Source: Vicugna vicugna (lineage: Eukaryota). From it: a stretch of DNA of 64,000 nucleotides. The stretch lies in the NCBI GenBank assembly GCA_013265495.1, contig MU058584.1:2203599-2267598 (forward strand). The letters are read 5' to 3'. The translations under genes and the position numbers were made by a program. The notes beneath the pieces are model-generated. The model did no database searches. It was not told where the DNA came from and was given only the letters and a program-made list of their open reading frames with translations. Positions 11,861-24,759 of this stretch are shown here, piece after piece; within the stretch, counting starts at the first letter, position 1, and every line of letters starts with the position of its first letter.

Positions 11861-14023
11861 ATTTTTACTGTTAGTAACAAAACAATACCTGTGCATTAGG
11901 TGATAAGCTGAGGAACTTCACCAAAGAAACTAATGTTTTCGAACAAGCAACTTCACGTGCTTTTACCCAAACAGTGCTGTTCCTGTCTGATGTTCACGTG
12001 CATCTCTTTGCTTTCAATGTGGTCACATCCGCAAGGACACTGCCCTGGCTGGATGTTTATATTGTTGGCACTGGGTCAGTGGGAGCCTCGAATCCTCTTG
12101 CAGGGGACCAGAGTCACCCGAGAGCTGTGGTGTTCCTCCCTCTCTTGTTCAGAAGTTTTACAGAAGCACTGAATTTTGGGGTTAGACGGACTCTTCCTCA
12201 AAATGTCCATCATTGGCTTTGATTTAGTTTGGAAAGTGCTTCTTGCTGACGCATGAACCTCGCTTCCAGCAGCTTCTGCATCTTTCTTCGAAGCTCTTCT
12301 ATGTCAGATGTTTCTCATCCCAACCTCATCATCTGAGATCTAGCCGCTGCCTCTGAGATCATGTCGCTAGGAACCCTGTCCTTAAGATGGTCCACAATCT
12401 GAGGATTTTTTGAGTGTCATTTAGCTTTCAGAGATGCTCAGTGTTTGCACAGGAGTTGATGGACCTAGGTTAGCTGACCTGGTCTACCATGGTCTGGACT
12501 CTGCTCTAGGTCTTCGGTTAGCATGTGCTACCCACTGGTGAGGTGAGGGGCTAGTCTTACCGCCTTGCTTCCTTTTCCTGATTTCTCTTCCTCACCAGAA
12601 GGTCCAGACCTTCCAGGCAAGTTGATCTCTTTGCTGTCCCCCGGCTCCTCCTGGGATCCTTTTTTTCCATTTTGTCTTCTGTGTATAACTAGTCTCTATC
12701 CATCCTGCACACTTTCCTGCTGCTGCTTTTCCCCCAATAATTACAGCTTTCATTGAATTGTCTCTTGATTCTTCGAATTTGTACTACTGTGTGTAACAGC
12801 TGGCTATATACAGTGTGTGGTGTTTCCCTGTTTCACATGAGGCTGTCTTATCTTTCCAAGGACATTAAAATTTTCTCCGAAAAAGGGATATGTCCTGTGT
12901 ATATTTTTTCTTATAATTGGCACCCCACTGCCCCCCTTCTCCAGTCATTTGTCACCTACTTCATTCTGATGCTTCTCTAACAGGGAGCTTTCTTTTGCTT
13001 ATTTCTGGTCTTCCTTAAGGAGCAGCAGTTCCTTTAGGAACGCGGCATTAGCGTAGGTTGTCCAAAGGCATCTAGTTTCTCGCCTCTCTTATTATTTCTT
13101 CGACTCATTGACCGTTTTTAACAGAAAAGTTCTCTTCCTGCCCTTGTCTGCTTGACACGCTCAGACATCCTTACATTCAGCCTTGAATGGAACGGGGATG
13201 AAATTCACGTGTAGGTGAGAAACGGTACCAACCTGTGATGGGATCCTGTCTCTCACTAAATAATATTGCTGGTGCATTTGAGTAAGAGGAGCTCAGAGGA
13301 TTAAATGCAGTGAGGCGTCGAAAGAGTCTAGAATGGTGCGTGGCACGTAGCAGGCATGAAACTCATCAGTTACAGTAGCAGTGGTTCCACCAGCCATCGT
13401 GGTAACTGAGCAGCAGTGTTAGCAGCGGTAATGCCTGGTGCCCACTGATCTGCCTTTTTGCTCTACTTACATTTTGGTCCAGTTCCATGTACACCATATA
13501 ATGGATAGAATCTGTAAGCTGGGGAGCAATAAAGACCCTCTAAACAGACCCTCTAAATGTGAGCCTGCCTTGGGCTAGTGGCGTCCTTCTGTTCCTTACT
13601 CACTTTCATATGTGTCCCTGCAAAGCCAGCTCCTTTGGGGTTCGGGAAGGAAGGTATATCTGAGAACCTTAGATTTGTTTGAAATTTATAAGAAAGACAG
13701 TAGTCAAGGAGGAAGAGGAGAGATCCAACTCCAGGCCTTTTCGGGAGACTCTCCGCCTGTGTTTTTAAAATTCCACTAGGATACAGAGGATAGGTATGCA
13801 GGCTGTAGAATTCAGAGGAAAGGCAGAACGATGCAAAGCTTCCAGGACAATTCTTTTCCTTTGTTGATGAGTTGTTTTTCTAAATGTCTTCCTTTTCTGT
13901 GTCGAAACACAGCGCCCATCTTTGAACTTCACCGTTATCTCAGAAGCGTGTGTGCCCAGGCCCTTCATCTTTGAAAAGGGTAATGATGGGGTTCTGGAGG
14001 GGCATTGCAATGTATTCAGTTGG

Positions 14024-14185
14024 CAGGGTCAGTCGTTCTAAAGAATTACGTGGGAGTGTTTGTGAAATGCAGATTCACAGGCCCTGCCTGAGCAGGTTTG
14101 CTCTGTGGCCTAGAAATCTGCACATTAGAAACCCCTTTGATGAATTTGATTCCTGGGACATGCAGTTTCTTCTTTGAGAAATGCC
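14024..14185. mobile_element. MER5-like hAT-Charlie MITE remnant
   Basis: TGTGAAATGCAGATTCACAGGCCC...GGCCTAGAAATCTGCACATT...TTTGAGAAA shows the internally palindromic MER5A layout. Confidence 0.5.
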
Positions 14186-14635
14186 TCTCACTCTGCACCT
14201 CTTCCATTCTCCTGGTGGTGACGGTCTCCATACTGATCCTGAAGCTGATAACCTACTACCATGAGAGCATTTAGAATGCCTGTGTGCTCACTTCAACAAC
14301 ACACAAGAAAACTGAGAATGATACAGAGATAATAGCATGGGCCTTATACAAGGATGCTGTGCACTTTTGTCAAGCATTTCATATTTTTTCACTGAGCCAT
14401 GCACTTGTGATTGGTGCACTTTTCTATATCTCCGTTACATGCCAGAAAGGTTTTAAAAATTGCCCTCTTATTAATGTCACTGTGACATCTGAGCCAAACT
14501 CAAGAACCAAGATCTACAACGAGAACCTATTTTGAAGAGAGTAAGGAACCATTATTATGGATTCATGGTTTTTTCCAGTAGGCAGCTGCCATTTAAGGGA
14601 TTTTAAGAGATATGTGAGTTCACCTTTGTTAAAAA

Positions 14636-15758
14636 GTAGTTTGTCTTCTGTCTGTGAATCTGTTTCAGTTTAAGTTCATTTGTGTCTTTTTTTTTTTTTT
14701 TTGAGATTCCATATACAAGTGATACTATATGGTATTTTTCTTTTTCTTTCTGGCTTACTCACTTAGTATTGACGATCTCCAGTTCCATATATGTTGCTGC
14801 AAATGGCATATTATTCTTTTTTTATGGCCGAGTAGTACTCCATTGTATAAATATACCACAACTTCTTCATCAAGTCATCTGTCGATGGACATTTAGGTTG
14901 TTTCCACGTTTTGGCTATTGTAAACAGTGCTGCTGTGAACACTGGGGTGCATGTGTCTTTCCAAATTAGAGTTTCCTCTGGATATATGCCCTGGAGTGGG
15001 ATTGCTGGATAAGAGGGTAAGTCTGTTTTCAGTTTTTTAAGTAATCTCCATATGGTTTTCTATAATGGTGCACCAAGCAACATTCTCATCAGCAGTGTAG
15101 GAGGGTTCCCTTTTCTCCACACCCTCTCCAGCATTTCTCGTTTTTGGCCTTTTTTGATGGCCATCCTGATACGTGTGAGGTGACACCTCATTATAGTTTT
15201 GATTTGCATTTCTCTGATAATTAGCGATACTGAGCACTCTTTCATGTGCCTATTGGCCATTTGTATATTTTCACTGGAGAAATCTTTGTTTAGATCTTCT
15301 GCCTATTTGGGGATTAGGTTTTTTGTTTGTTTGTTTTTGTTGTTACTGAGTTGTAGAAGCTGTTTGCATATTCTGGAAACTAAGCTCTTGTCAGACCCAT
15401 CGTTTGCAAATGTTTTCTCCCATACCGTAGGTTTATTTTTCTTCCATTTTATTTATGGTTTCCTTTGCTGTGCAAAAGCTTATAAGTTTAATTAGGTCCC
15501 ATTTGTTTAGTTTTGCTTTTATTTCTGTTGCCTGGGTAGCCTGCCCTAGGAGAACATTGCTGAGATTTGTATCAGAGAATGTTTGGCCTGTGTTCTCCTC
15601 TAGGAGGTTTGTGGTACCTTGATTTATGTTTAAGTCTTTAAGCCATTTTGAGCTTATTTTTGTGTGTGGTGTGAGGGAGTGTTCTAGCTTCACTGATTTA
15701 CACGTGGCTGTCCAGTTTTCCCAACACGACTGATGGAAGAGACTGTCTTTGCTCCATT
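14636..15758 (-). mobile_element. LINE-1 ORF2 3' part, inverted segment of a 5'-inverted L1
   Basis: Minus-strand translations KDSLFHQSCWENWTATCK...[19 protein letters not shown] and [22 protein letters not shown] are L1 ORF2p, frameshifted. Confidence 0.95.
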
Positions 15759-15920
15759 GGATATGGGGGGATAGGGGAGGGTGGAGGGGTAAGTTGGGAG
15801 TTTGGAATTTGTAGATACAAACTACTGTATGTAAAATAGATAAACAATAAGGTCCTACTGTACAGCACAAGGAACTATATTCAGTATCTTGTAATGGCCT
15901 ACAATGAAAAAGAACATGGA
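15759..15920 (+). mobile_element. LINE-1 3' UTR, sense segment of the same 5'-inverted L1
   Basis: GGGAGTTTGGAATTTGTAGATAC...TAAGGTCCTACTGTACAGCACAAGGAACTATATTCAGTATC directly abuts the inverted segment. Confidence 0.9.
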
Positions 15921-18280
15921 AAGACTGTGAGGCAGAGCAGGGAGCAGGCGGAGCCCAGTTCTGCTGACACCGTGAAGGGATCACCCTGGTCAGGCCTTTC
16001 TTGCTGTCTGCCACACACGGGTTAGAATGTTTGTTGTCCGAACTGCGTGAGGAGAAAGCACCAGAATGTGGTCCTGAGCACTCATGGAGGACAGAGAGCG
16101 AGGAGGAAAAAGACGACCTCCTGAGTTCACGTCTGTGCGCCCGAGGCTCAGACTTCCCGAGTTCACTGAGCTGAAATCGGATTTGCTGTTTTATTTGTGG
16201 GGCTTCCTTCTGGTAGAGTTGCTATGTTTGTGGTTGTAATTTTGCACTTACCCTCCCACACCAGAACTTCCACATTTGAGCTGACTGTTCATTCTGAGCT
16301 GGCTGGGTTGTGTTCGCGCATGCGTGTGCACTCACGGGGCTGTATGATGTGTGTGTATGTTCCTGTGTTTGTGCGACTGACCATCCTGTTCTCATGGTCT
16401 CTTGGAGAGACTTTGCCTGGTCCAGAGTGAAGAGATAACTGACTTACTGTGCCAGTCCCATGGACGTCCAGTCACATAATGTCTTGAGTTTTAAAAACTT
16501 GGTGTTTGCAAATATCTATTTATTCCTCTCTGACGTGTTCCACTGTGTTATTCTAACTGCGGGAAGGCAGAGGGGCTTCAGGATGGTGGTGCAGAGTTGG
16601 GAGAGGGAGGAGAGTGTGTTTAGTCAAACTGGGTTGAGCGTAATGGGTTACTGGGTATAAGTTCCTGCATCTGTTGTTAAGCTATGGTGGTGGGGCGGGG
16701 GAAGGGGGAGAGGGCACGAGATTCCCCCTCCCCCAACCCCAACACACACAGTGGCTCTTTGCTGATTATTATGAGCCTAAACTCATTTCACGTGAGCTGA
16801 TGACCTGTTGGCCAAGAGCCCCAGCCTACATGTGACAGCTCGGGGTGTCTGCCCCTGCTGGGCATAGCCACAGCATCCCTCACTGGCTGTTAATCAGAGT
16901 CTGGGAAACGCTGCATCTGCTGGCTGGACTTGGCTTTCTGTCTGAACCCAAAAGCACAGCTACTGTCAGACCTGACACAGGTTGGGAAGGAAAAGGGATG
17001 GTTCCTCCTTTACCTTTTCCTAAACCTCTTCTCCACACAGATCCGACAGCACCCCTGAGGACCGAACCACCTTGTTACAATGGGCTCCGGCGTTCAGAGC
17101 AACTTCCCTACAAATCTCTTTTTATTGGCGTTTCCTCCAATTTCCCCATCCCTGAATTGCATTTGAATCAGTTGAGAAAAAGAGAGAGGAGGAGAAAGGA
17201 GGCGGCTCCCCCCACCTCCTCGCTCTCAGAAAAGCAGTTCACCACCAGCTTTATTTGGTAAAATGCAGCAATAGATGCTTGTCAGAAATAATTTATTCCT
17301 GTTAGCTGTAATCTGAAGGAAAACAGATACAAGTCCTATAGTTAAAAAAAAAAAGTAAAGTAGTCTTGCTTTCGCTGACAGTACAAAGGTGTCATATACA
17401 AGAAGGATTGACACAGACCAAGGGGTCTTGTGGGAAATATGATAATAACTATAAAGAAGACAGATTATTCCCCAGTTGCCAACATTCAAACCTTTTTACA
17501 GTCAGTTCAAACATATAAAACTTTATTGCTCTAGCAGAAAGGGGAACAATTTCTGGTTGCACGGCTTTCCCAGGGCTGGGTTTATACTGTCTGTGTTATT
17601 GCTCTGTAGTGGCATTTTAAAGTTTATTGAACAAGACTTTTACAATTGAAGGAAGTATATAAAACTGTAAATTTATTAGATTTTTCAGGATAAGTGCCCT
17701 TTCTAGTTGTGCTCAAGAATTCGGAGCTCCGAGAAACTGCTAGTTACAAGACTTATTAATATTAAAGACTGAAGGTACGCACATTTTATACCTTAACTGA
17801 TGGAAAAAATAATATTATTACGTTACTGAACGTTGGGGCTCTCATGCTGTGGAATCGGATGGATACACCCAGGTAGGACTTGAAGTGCCAGACGTAACTA
17901 TTTTTCACTGGCTAAAAAGTTAGGTTTTGTTATATCTTAGTTCATTTGATTTTAACACAATCGGCCTGGATACTCCTCTGTTCAGTGAAGGATGTCTCAG
18001 GGTAAATGTCTTGTCTTTTTTCTTTTTCTGAGCTCCTTGCTGATTTTCCAGCATTTCTCACTGTAGGGCTGTCATGCAAGTGTGTAGGTGGTAGGTTTTA
18101 AGAGCATATTTGTGGTGAAGTAATATATTGTAGCATCCACAAAAAGCAACTCTACTTTTGATGATCAAAATACTACTAAAAAGAGTTAACCTTTTATGTT
18201 TTATAACTTCTCATTTTTTTCAAAGTCTTTTAGGGATGTGATTTGAGGAATTTTGAAATGTTTGTGATAAGCTGTATTAA

Positions 18281-18495
18281 ACTGTTTCTCAGCCTCTGTG
18301 CTGCTGGCCTCTTGGGCCAGAAAATTCTTTGTTGTGAGGGGCTCTCCTGTGCACTGAAGATGTTCAGCTGCATCCCTGTTCAGTACCCTGGATGCCAGCA
18401 GCATCTCTATGCCTGCACTGTGACAGCCCAAAAACATCTCCAGACACTGCCAGATGTCCCCTGGGGGCGCACTCACCCCCTGTTGAGCAGCATTC
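18281..18495 (-). mobile_element. MER20 hAT-Charlie DNA transposon, near full length
   Basis: GGGCCAGAAAATTCTTTGTTGTG...TGTGACAGCCCAAAAACATCTCCAGACACTGCCAGATGTCCCCTGGGGG matches reverse-complement MER20. Confidence 0.85.
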
Positions 18496-20569
18496 ATTTA
18501 TACAGTATTATGTCTGTGAAAAAAAATAAATCTCACTCTAAATAAATAATATGAGTTGTATCTGGTAATGAAAAAAAAACCTACTGTTACCAAAAATGAT
18601 GAATTATAAGACTATTTACTTTCAGAAATATCTGGCTGTGGACATCTCTTATATAATGTATTCCCCAAAGAATGCAACAGAACTCAGTCCTAAAAACTAT
18701 ACATATGATTTCGCAGAACCACAGTCATCTATAACAGGAAATGCCCGTGTGCCTGCCTCTGCCGGAGGGCACAGGTTTATGGATATATCTACTTAGAAAA
18801 CCAGATTGCATCTTCTTTTTGTGTTACCAGTGATTCACCACTTCTCCGTGTTTGCCTCTTTGATTTTTCATATGCATATGCAGAAACATATGCATATATA
18901 TACATATAGATGTTTATATTATGTGACTACACAGTGAAGGATTTGAGAAGCCCAGAGACAGACGATTTTGATTATAATTTTCTCACTTGACAGGTTTAAT
19001 TTTGAGGTACTGTCAACTTGCCTTTAATTTTCAATTTGTGTTCTGGAATTTTTTTTTAACCTCTTCAGAAGGTTTTATTAGTGGATACATGAAAAACATT
19101 CAAATAAACTGTTTACAGCACCTGTTCACTTTCGTGCTACCTAATGTTATGTGAGTATCTATGTGTGAGTGGCACTTTGATCTGGGATTTTGTGTTAATT
19201 TGCCTAATGGCCATAGCATTTACAGAAATAATTAAGATACTGTGTTTTCAGAAGGAGATTAAATTTTAATAGGCCTTTAGGTTTTGACTGCCTGAGTTTT
19301 GGAATTCTACATTTGCTTTTTTTTCCCTCTTTTTAAAAATTCTAAACTCATGTGCCTTCCTAGGGGGTGTCTTGAAAGTGTCTTGATTCTGTTGTTTTGT
19401 TGAGCCACTGTTCTTTTCTGTCCCTGTGGCCTCAGATGGCTGGGTGATTTTAGCCAGATGACAATCTGTCTTTTCTCTCCTCGCCATCTCTGTGGGTCAT
19501 TGGACCCCAGCCCTGTAGGTGCATCAGGGATTTTCTTTTGTGAAGTTGTGTGACACCCTTAAGAAGTGTGGTATAACTCAGTTTATTCACTAAATGTCTT
19601 TCTGATCATCTGGGTATAAACTGTGTAAGTGGAAAGCAAACCATATAAGAAATCTGCTCAGGGGTCCGGCTAAGACCCTTCTGGTGATCCTCTTAGGAAA
19701 CCAAAAGATCTGTTCAGAAGCACCCCTTTGGTTACACCTGGTTTCCTTAAATCATAATACACCTTGCTTGAATTTTTAAACTACCTACGTTCATACCAGT
19801 GTGATATTCGTTGTGTAACACACACACCTATAACTTACCTGTCTTTGAGCTTGGCCATCAGAGAATGTGCTCGGCCCCTGTATGGAGGGCTGCCAGCCCT
19901 ACAGATAATGCCGTCAGCGCTTCAAACGGTTAGATAATACATAGTCTCTGATTTAAATCATAGTGAGAACCTGGAAGATGTAAACACACTGAGTCAGGCA
20001 TTCACAACCCCACCCTCGCACTCACTCAGGGTGAAGAGGGGACATCTTCGTCAAGTCTTGGTACCCTCCTGGACTCCTGAGTCTTCCTTGGTGCCTTGGA
20101 GGAGGCAGCAGTGATGCGATCTTAGAAGAACCCTCAACCCAACCAAAGAAGCGTCATCGCAGCCACAGCTAAGTTCCCAGGATGATTTAGGTCCTGTGCT
20201 TTCTAGACTTTCTTGGCAAGTTTGCATCTGCAGTGGTGAGTTGAAAGGGACCGTGGACTTGTGCGAGGCTGAAAGAGGATGAGCAGAAACAACATGAAAC
20301 AGCAAATGTCAGGGAAGCCGGTGAGCCTGGAACCTGTGAGAGACCTTGGATATTCTGATCACAGCTCCGCCGACACCGAGATTGGAATACAGATTATGAG
20401 AGGGAGCGTCCCTGACACGGAGCCCAGACTTAAATCTTCCCAGGGTTTTAATGTGCCTTACCATATGAATATTTGGTTATTTCCTTTGGCAGTGTCCCTG
20501 CAGGAGGCCGGGAAAGAGAGCCAGGGGTAGGGCGGGTATGAGAACAGTATTGTGGCTAACACTGTTGTG

Positions 20570-20571
<2 letters not shown>

Positions 20572-20614
<43 letters not shown>
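20572..20614. repeat. (GT)n microsatellite
   Basis: Directly visible, with one interruption near the 3' end. Confidence 0.97.
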
Positions 20615-20987
20615 TAGGAGAGAGAGAGGACAAATCCCCATCTCCTATAAGGCCCTGATACTAAAACCACTAGAGCTGTTGACAAATTCATGACACCGTG
20701 AAAGGATGGACAGAGAAGAGGACGACCTCCATGCTGAAGTGAATTTCATGCTGAAGAGCTTGTCTTGGGCATGCAGATGGGTTTAAGAGTCTCCAAACTA
20801 AGATGCCCTTTGTGGGGAAAGAGGAAGGAAAAAAAACCCAACAACTTTGCAGCCTGGAAGGCCCGTGAGAGGATGTGAAAATGAGAAGCCGCTGCTCCCA
20901 CCAGGGAGGCCCCGGGTCCTGCTGCAGTGATGCTGTGGGCAGGAGGGAGGTTGTCTGGGTATTTGCCCGCCCTCAGGTGGCTCCATG

Positions 20988-21155
20988 TCCGCCAGGGTTC
21001 CTGGCGAAACCCGGCGCTGCCTCGATGGGCGGCCTTGACGGCAGGCAGGAGAGCTGGCGGAGCCCTGGCGGAGCCCCAGGGAGGCGCAGGCGCCGTGGGG
21101 CGCGGAGCGAGGTCCGGGGAGCGCTCGACTTCCAACTGCTTTGCCGGAGCGTGAC
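20988..21155. promoter_or_regulatory. Small CpG-dense patch (orphan CpG-island-like)
   Basis: About 20 CpGs in about 165 bp by manual count, in a CpG-depleted background. Function is inferred only. Confidence 0.45.
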
Positions 21156-21449
21156 TTGGCAGCAGATTTGAGAGTCTGGCTTTTGCTTCTCCACACGTGT
21201 CCACATCTGGTAGGTCATGCTGTCTCACAGCCAATCTGCAAGTCAGTTCGCTGAGGCAGGGACCCCGGCCCAGTGCAGGCCACAGATGCAGAGAGGCTGA
21301 GTGACTAAGTGACCGTCGGAGTCCCAGCACAGCAGGGACTGGAAGCAGAGTTCCTTAATGCGGCCCTTTCTTTGATCAGAGCACATCTACTACCCTCGCT
21401 GCTCTGGAAGGGACAGATGTGGATGAGTGAGGGCTAGTTATTTATAAAC

Positions 21450-21830
21450 AAGGAATATTTATTTATCAGATGACCATTATGTGGCAGACACTGGACTACG
21501 TGCTTTTTTTTTTAATTTTAATTTTTTGGGGTAGGTAATTAGGTTATTTATTTATTTACTCTTTTTTTTTTTTTAAATGGAGGTACTGGGAATTGAACCC
21601 AGGACCACCTGCAAACTAAGCATGTGCTCTACCACTAAGCTGTACCCTCCCTCCTTGGGTTACAACATCCTTTGAACATACCTAATCTACATGACCAATC
21701 TGTGGCCCCAGTATTATGTTATCCCCATTTTAGAGCTGGACAAACTGAGGCTAAGGCAGATTTAAGAAAGTGTGATGGAGCCAGGTGTGGAATTGACGCT
21801 GTTTCCAAAGTACTGGGCCTTGAACACACA
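21450..21830 (-). mobile_element. MIR interrupted by a younger SINE
   Basis: MIR tail-like sequence before 21503; TATCCCCATTTTAGAGCTGGACAAACTGAGGC core after 21655. Confidence 0.65.
21504..21654 (-). mobile_element. tRNA-Ala-derived camelid SINE (Vic-1-like)
   Basis: Minus strand reads GGAGGGAGGGTACAGCTTAGTGGTAGAGCACATGCTTAG...GGTCCTGGGTTCAATTCCCAGTACCTCCA (A and B boxes), then A-rich linker, CCTAATTACC motif and A tail. Confidence 0.88.
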
Positions 21831-24111
21831 CCTGGGTCGGTGTGGGCTGAATCTGCTCCTTCATTTCAACCAGCATTTACTGAGTGCTTCTTCTCTGCTA
21901 GGGGTGGGGGAGACAGACTGGAAAAAGCTAGTGGCCTGAGGTGCTCACAGCCTTGGGGACACCCAAGCACATCAGCAGTGGAAGGGGTGTCAGAGATGCT
22001 CTGAGGAGGCAGGACACGGTCCTTGTGGGGCCTGCCAGCCCACAAGGGGCAGCTGGGGGCAGGGCGGCTGCAGCCCACTTTTTATGATCATATTTGTCAC
22101 CATCAGCTACTCTGAAGGCTCCCCCTGCCTCCTTCATGTGCCATTTGAGCGCGCTGGCCTTCTTCCTCCAGAAGCTGAAACTCCTCAAGAAGACGGCTGC
22201 GGGAAAAATGGGAAGCAAACCCTCTGAAAACATGAGCCCATCTGCTTGTGTCAGGAAGTCTTCTAGTCTTGTGAGCCCGAAACTGGAAGAACAAAGCTGG
22301 GCCCATTGAAACAGAAAGAACAAGAAAACAAAAATAGAAAGAAATGAGGGGGGCATTTTCAAGTTGGATAAACTACCGCCGAACCGACTCGTGAGTTCAG
22401 AGGGGGATTCTCATGTTTCCAGGATATTTTCAGACCCCGATGGCAATTAGGGAGAGACCGCTGTAACCTTGAAATTTGGTCTGAAGGGACAGAGCTTGGG
22501 AGACCACCAAGACACTGCGCACAGACCACCCACGGCAGACTTCCTGGCAGGGATCTGCTGGCCAGTCTCTTGATAAGGCTGCAGGGCCCCCTGAAGCCTT
22601 ATTTTGTTGGGAGAGGGGAAGGGCGAAGGCAGGTGTTGAAAAGCCATGAAGAGAAGAATTAAGACAAAAATGTGCCTCGGGCTCATTTCAGCTGGCAGTG
22701 GACCTTCCCTCCCCTTTCCTTTTCGAATTTGATATTATTACAGGAACATTTCCATGGACTCAGTTTTCACTTGATGGTGAAATCCCAGAAGTCGTCTTGG
22801 GGCCGGAGTGCACTGTCGGTGCTGGGGCGGTGGGGTGGGCTTCCCAGGAGCCCCCGTGGATCTGAGGCGGGATGGCGTGGGCATGGGGCGGTGGCAGAGC
22901 TCATCACGGACCTCTCGAAGCCCCTGGGAAAGGATGCTCCCTCGATGTGAGCTGCTGAGGACCAGGAGACACTGGAGTCGCAGAGAGGCAGCCAGGAGGC
23001 AGGTCCCTTGGGTGTGAACCATCAAATTGTTTGAGGGCTAAATCAGCAGATTTATGTAGAATGCTTAGACCAGTGCCTGGCAGGTCCCCCAGAGCTCGAT
23101 AAATGTCAGCTGTTACCATTCCTTCCTGGGCATAGCAGAATCATCCTTTGCAGCGGGGGAAACTGAGGCCCAGAAAAGAGGGGTGCCATTGGGGTAGGAG
23201 GGAACTTCTTTTTGGCTCACTTATTTTTTTTTCCTTTTCTCCTTTCGGTTCTCTCCTTTTCTGCTCTTTAGAAGGCCCCCAGGAGTTGAATTTAGGCTGG
23301 GGGACTTCTCCAGTGCTGTTGAATTTATTGAGCGTGTGCACAGGCAGTGGAAGGCGCTGGCTTTCTACGGGCAAAAGGGAAGGGCACCTGAGGGTTTAAG
23401 GAGGAGAAGGAGGGGAGAGTCCGGAAAGGAAGGCCACGTGGAAGATGTTTAATTATCTAGAATAATGACGTATACAAATGCTGAGCAGAAGAGGGAAGAG
23501 TGACAGCTGTGTCCAAGGTAGGGGCACCTGTGCTTGTCTTCCTCGGAATCCACCTGTTCGGCTGACCCCATCTGGCCAGCCAGGTGTGAGCCCAGGTACT
23601 GCAGCAGCAGCCAGAGCAGCAGGACCAGCGCCGCCCAGAGCGTGTCCGCTGTGGGATGCGGGGAGAGACACGCTCCTCTCACAGTGCCCTCTGCCTGTCG
23701 GCTCTTCCCCCCTCTTCCTTCCACTTTTGACACACGAGAAGGGGAAAATTGCGTCACCCTGTGAAAGACCAGGGTGGCTGCTGGCCACGTACCAGCGGCA
23801 GTGACCCATGCCTCGGCTGTCAGCAGCCGCGACGTCTGCTGACCCGGAAGCAGAGAGATATATTCTTCCACCAGAAGTTGTGTCTTCCCAATCTTCTCTG
23901 TGACGCACCCCCACCCCGGCCTCCCCTCCAACCCTACAGATCGCTGACTTGCTGTGACAAGCCTGAGAAACGAGTCTGTCCCAAAGAGCACGAGGGGAAA
24001 CCAGATTGGGGAAATTGCTTTTCAGGACACAAAATCCTTCCAAGCCTGGTCTTGCCCCCCACAAGCGTAATCCTGGTTGATGTATGTGTCTACCTGTGAA
24101 AAGCTGAAGGA

Positions 24112-24329
24112 TTTGCAGATGCTAACTACTATATATATATATATAAAATAGATAAATGACAAGGTCCCACCGCATAGCACAGGGAACTATATTCAATACC
24201 TTGCAGTAGCCTATAATGAAAAAGAAGATGAAAAGGAATGTATGTATTTAACTGAATCACTATGCTATACACCAGAAATTAACACAACATTGTAAGCTGA
24301 CTATACTTCAATTAAAAAAAATAGTTAAA
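24112..24329 (+). mobile_element. Short 5'-truncated LINE-1 3' end
   Basis: L1 3' UTR with A-tail; 14-bp TSD GAAAAG(C/T)TGAAGGA at 24098-24111 and 24330-24343. Confidence 0.92.
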
Positions 24330-24759
24330 GAAAAGTTGAAGGAAATGATTTAAATTCTCCGTTAGAAATATTCAGCCGCTGTGTGCTAAGGTCCAGCTGT
24401 CTGCCCGGCACGGGGATGCGGAGTTCCTAGGCGGGGGTTGGGGAGCGGGGTGTCTCTGAGGAAGCAAGGAGCCAAGCCATGGGGCATGAGGTCAGGGTCA
24501 CGTGAGAGGACGGGTTATTGAAATTGAATGGGGGGGCTGAAGGGCAGAGAGAGCTGCACTGGCTCCCCTGTTCCCCTTTGCTGCCCTCCCCCACCAAAGT
24601 AGAGAACCAGAAGGGTCCCATCTGCCTTTTAGGGAAGGGTCGTGCTTGGTAACGGGTAACATCTGGGGCAGGATCTAGTTTATTATGCCACCCAGAATAT
24701 CAAAGCAGTTTAGGCTCTGGAAACCAGGGAAGGAGGAAGGGATTAAAAAAAAAAAGGGC

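Noticed and set aside
13533..13558. Short direct repeat AGACCCTCTAAA twice
   Set aside because: Ordinary slippage micro-duplication.
15433..16014. 193-aa minus-strand ORF as a novel chimeric protein
   Set aside because: It reads from flank through antisense L1 3' UTR into an ORF2 fragment across the inversion junction; an accidental open frame.
20746..21330. 194-aa and overlapping ORFs over the CpG patch (likewise 23449-24064)
   Set aside because: Open frames on both strands are explained by high GC content and few stop codons; no protein family is recognisable.
21570..21654. tRNA-Ala genes (also at about 35380-35456 and 42485-42558)
   Set aside because: Diverged stems and attached SINE tails show these are SINE heads, not tRNA genes.
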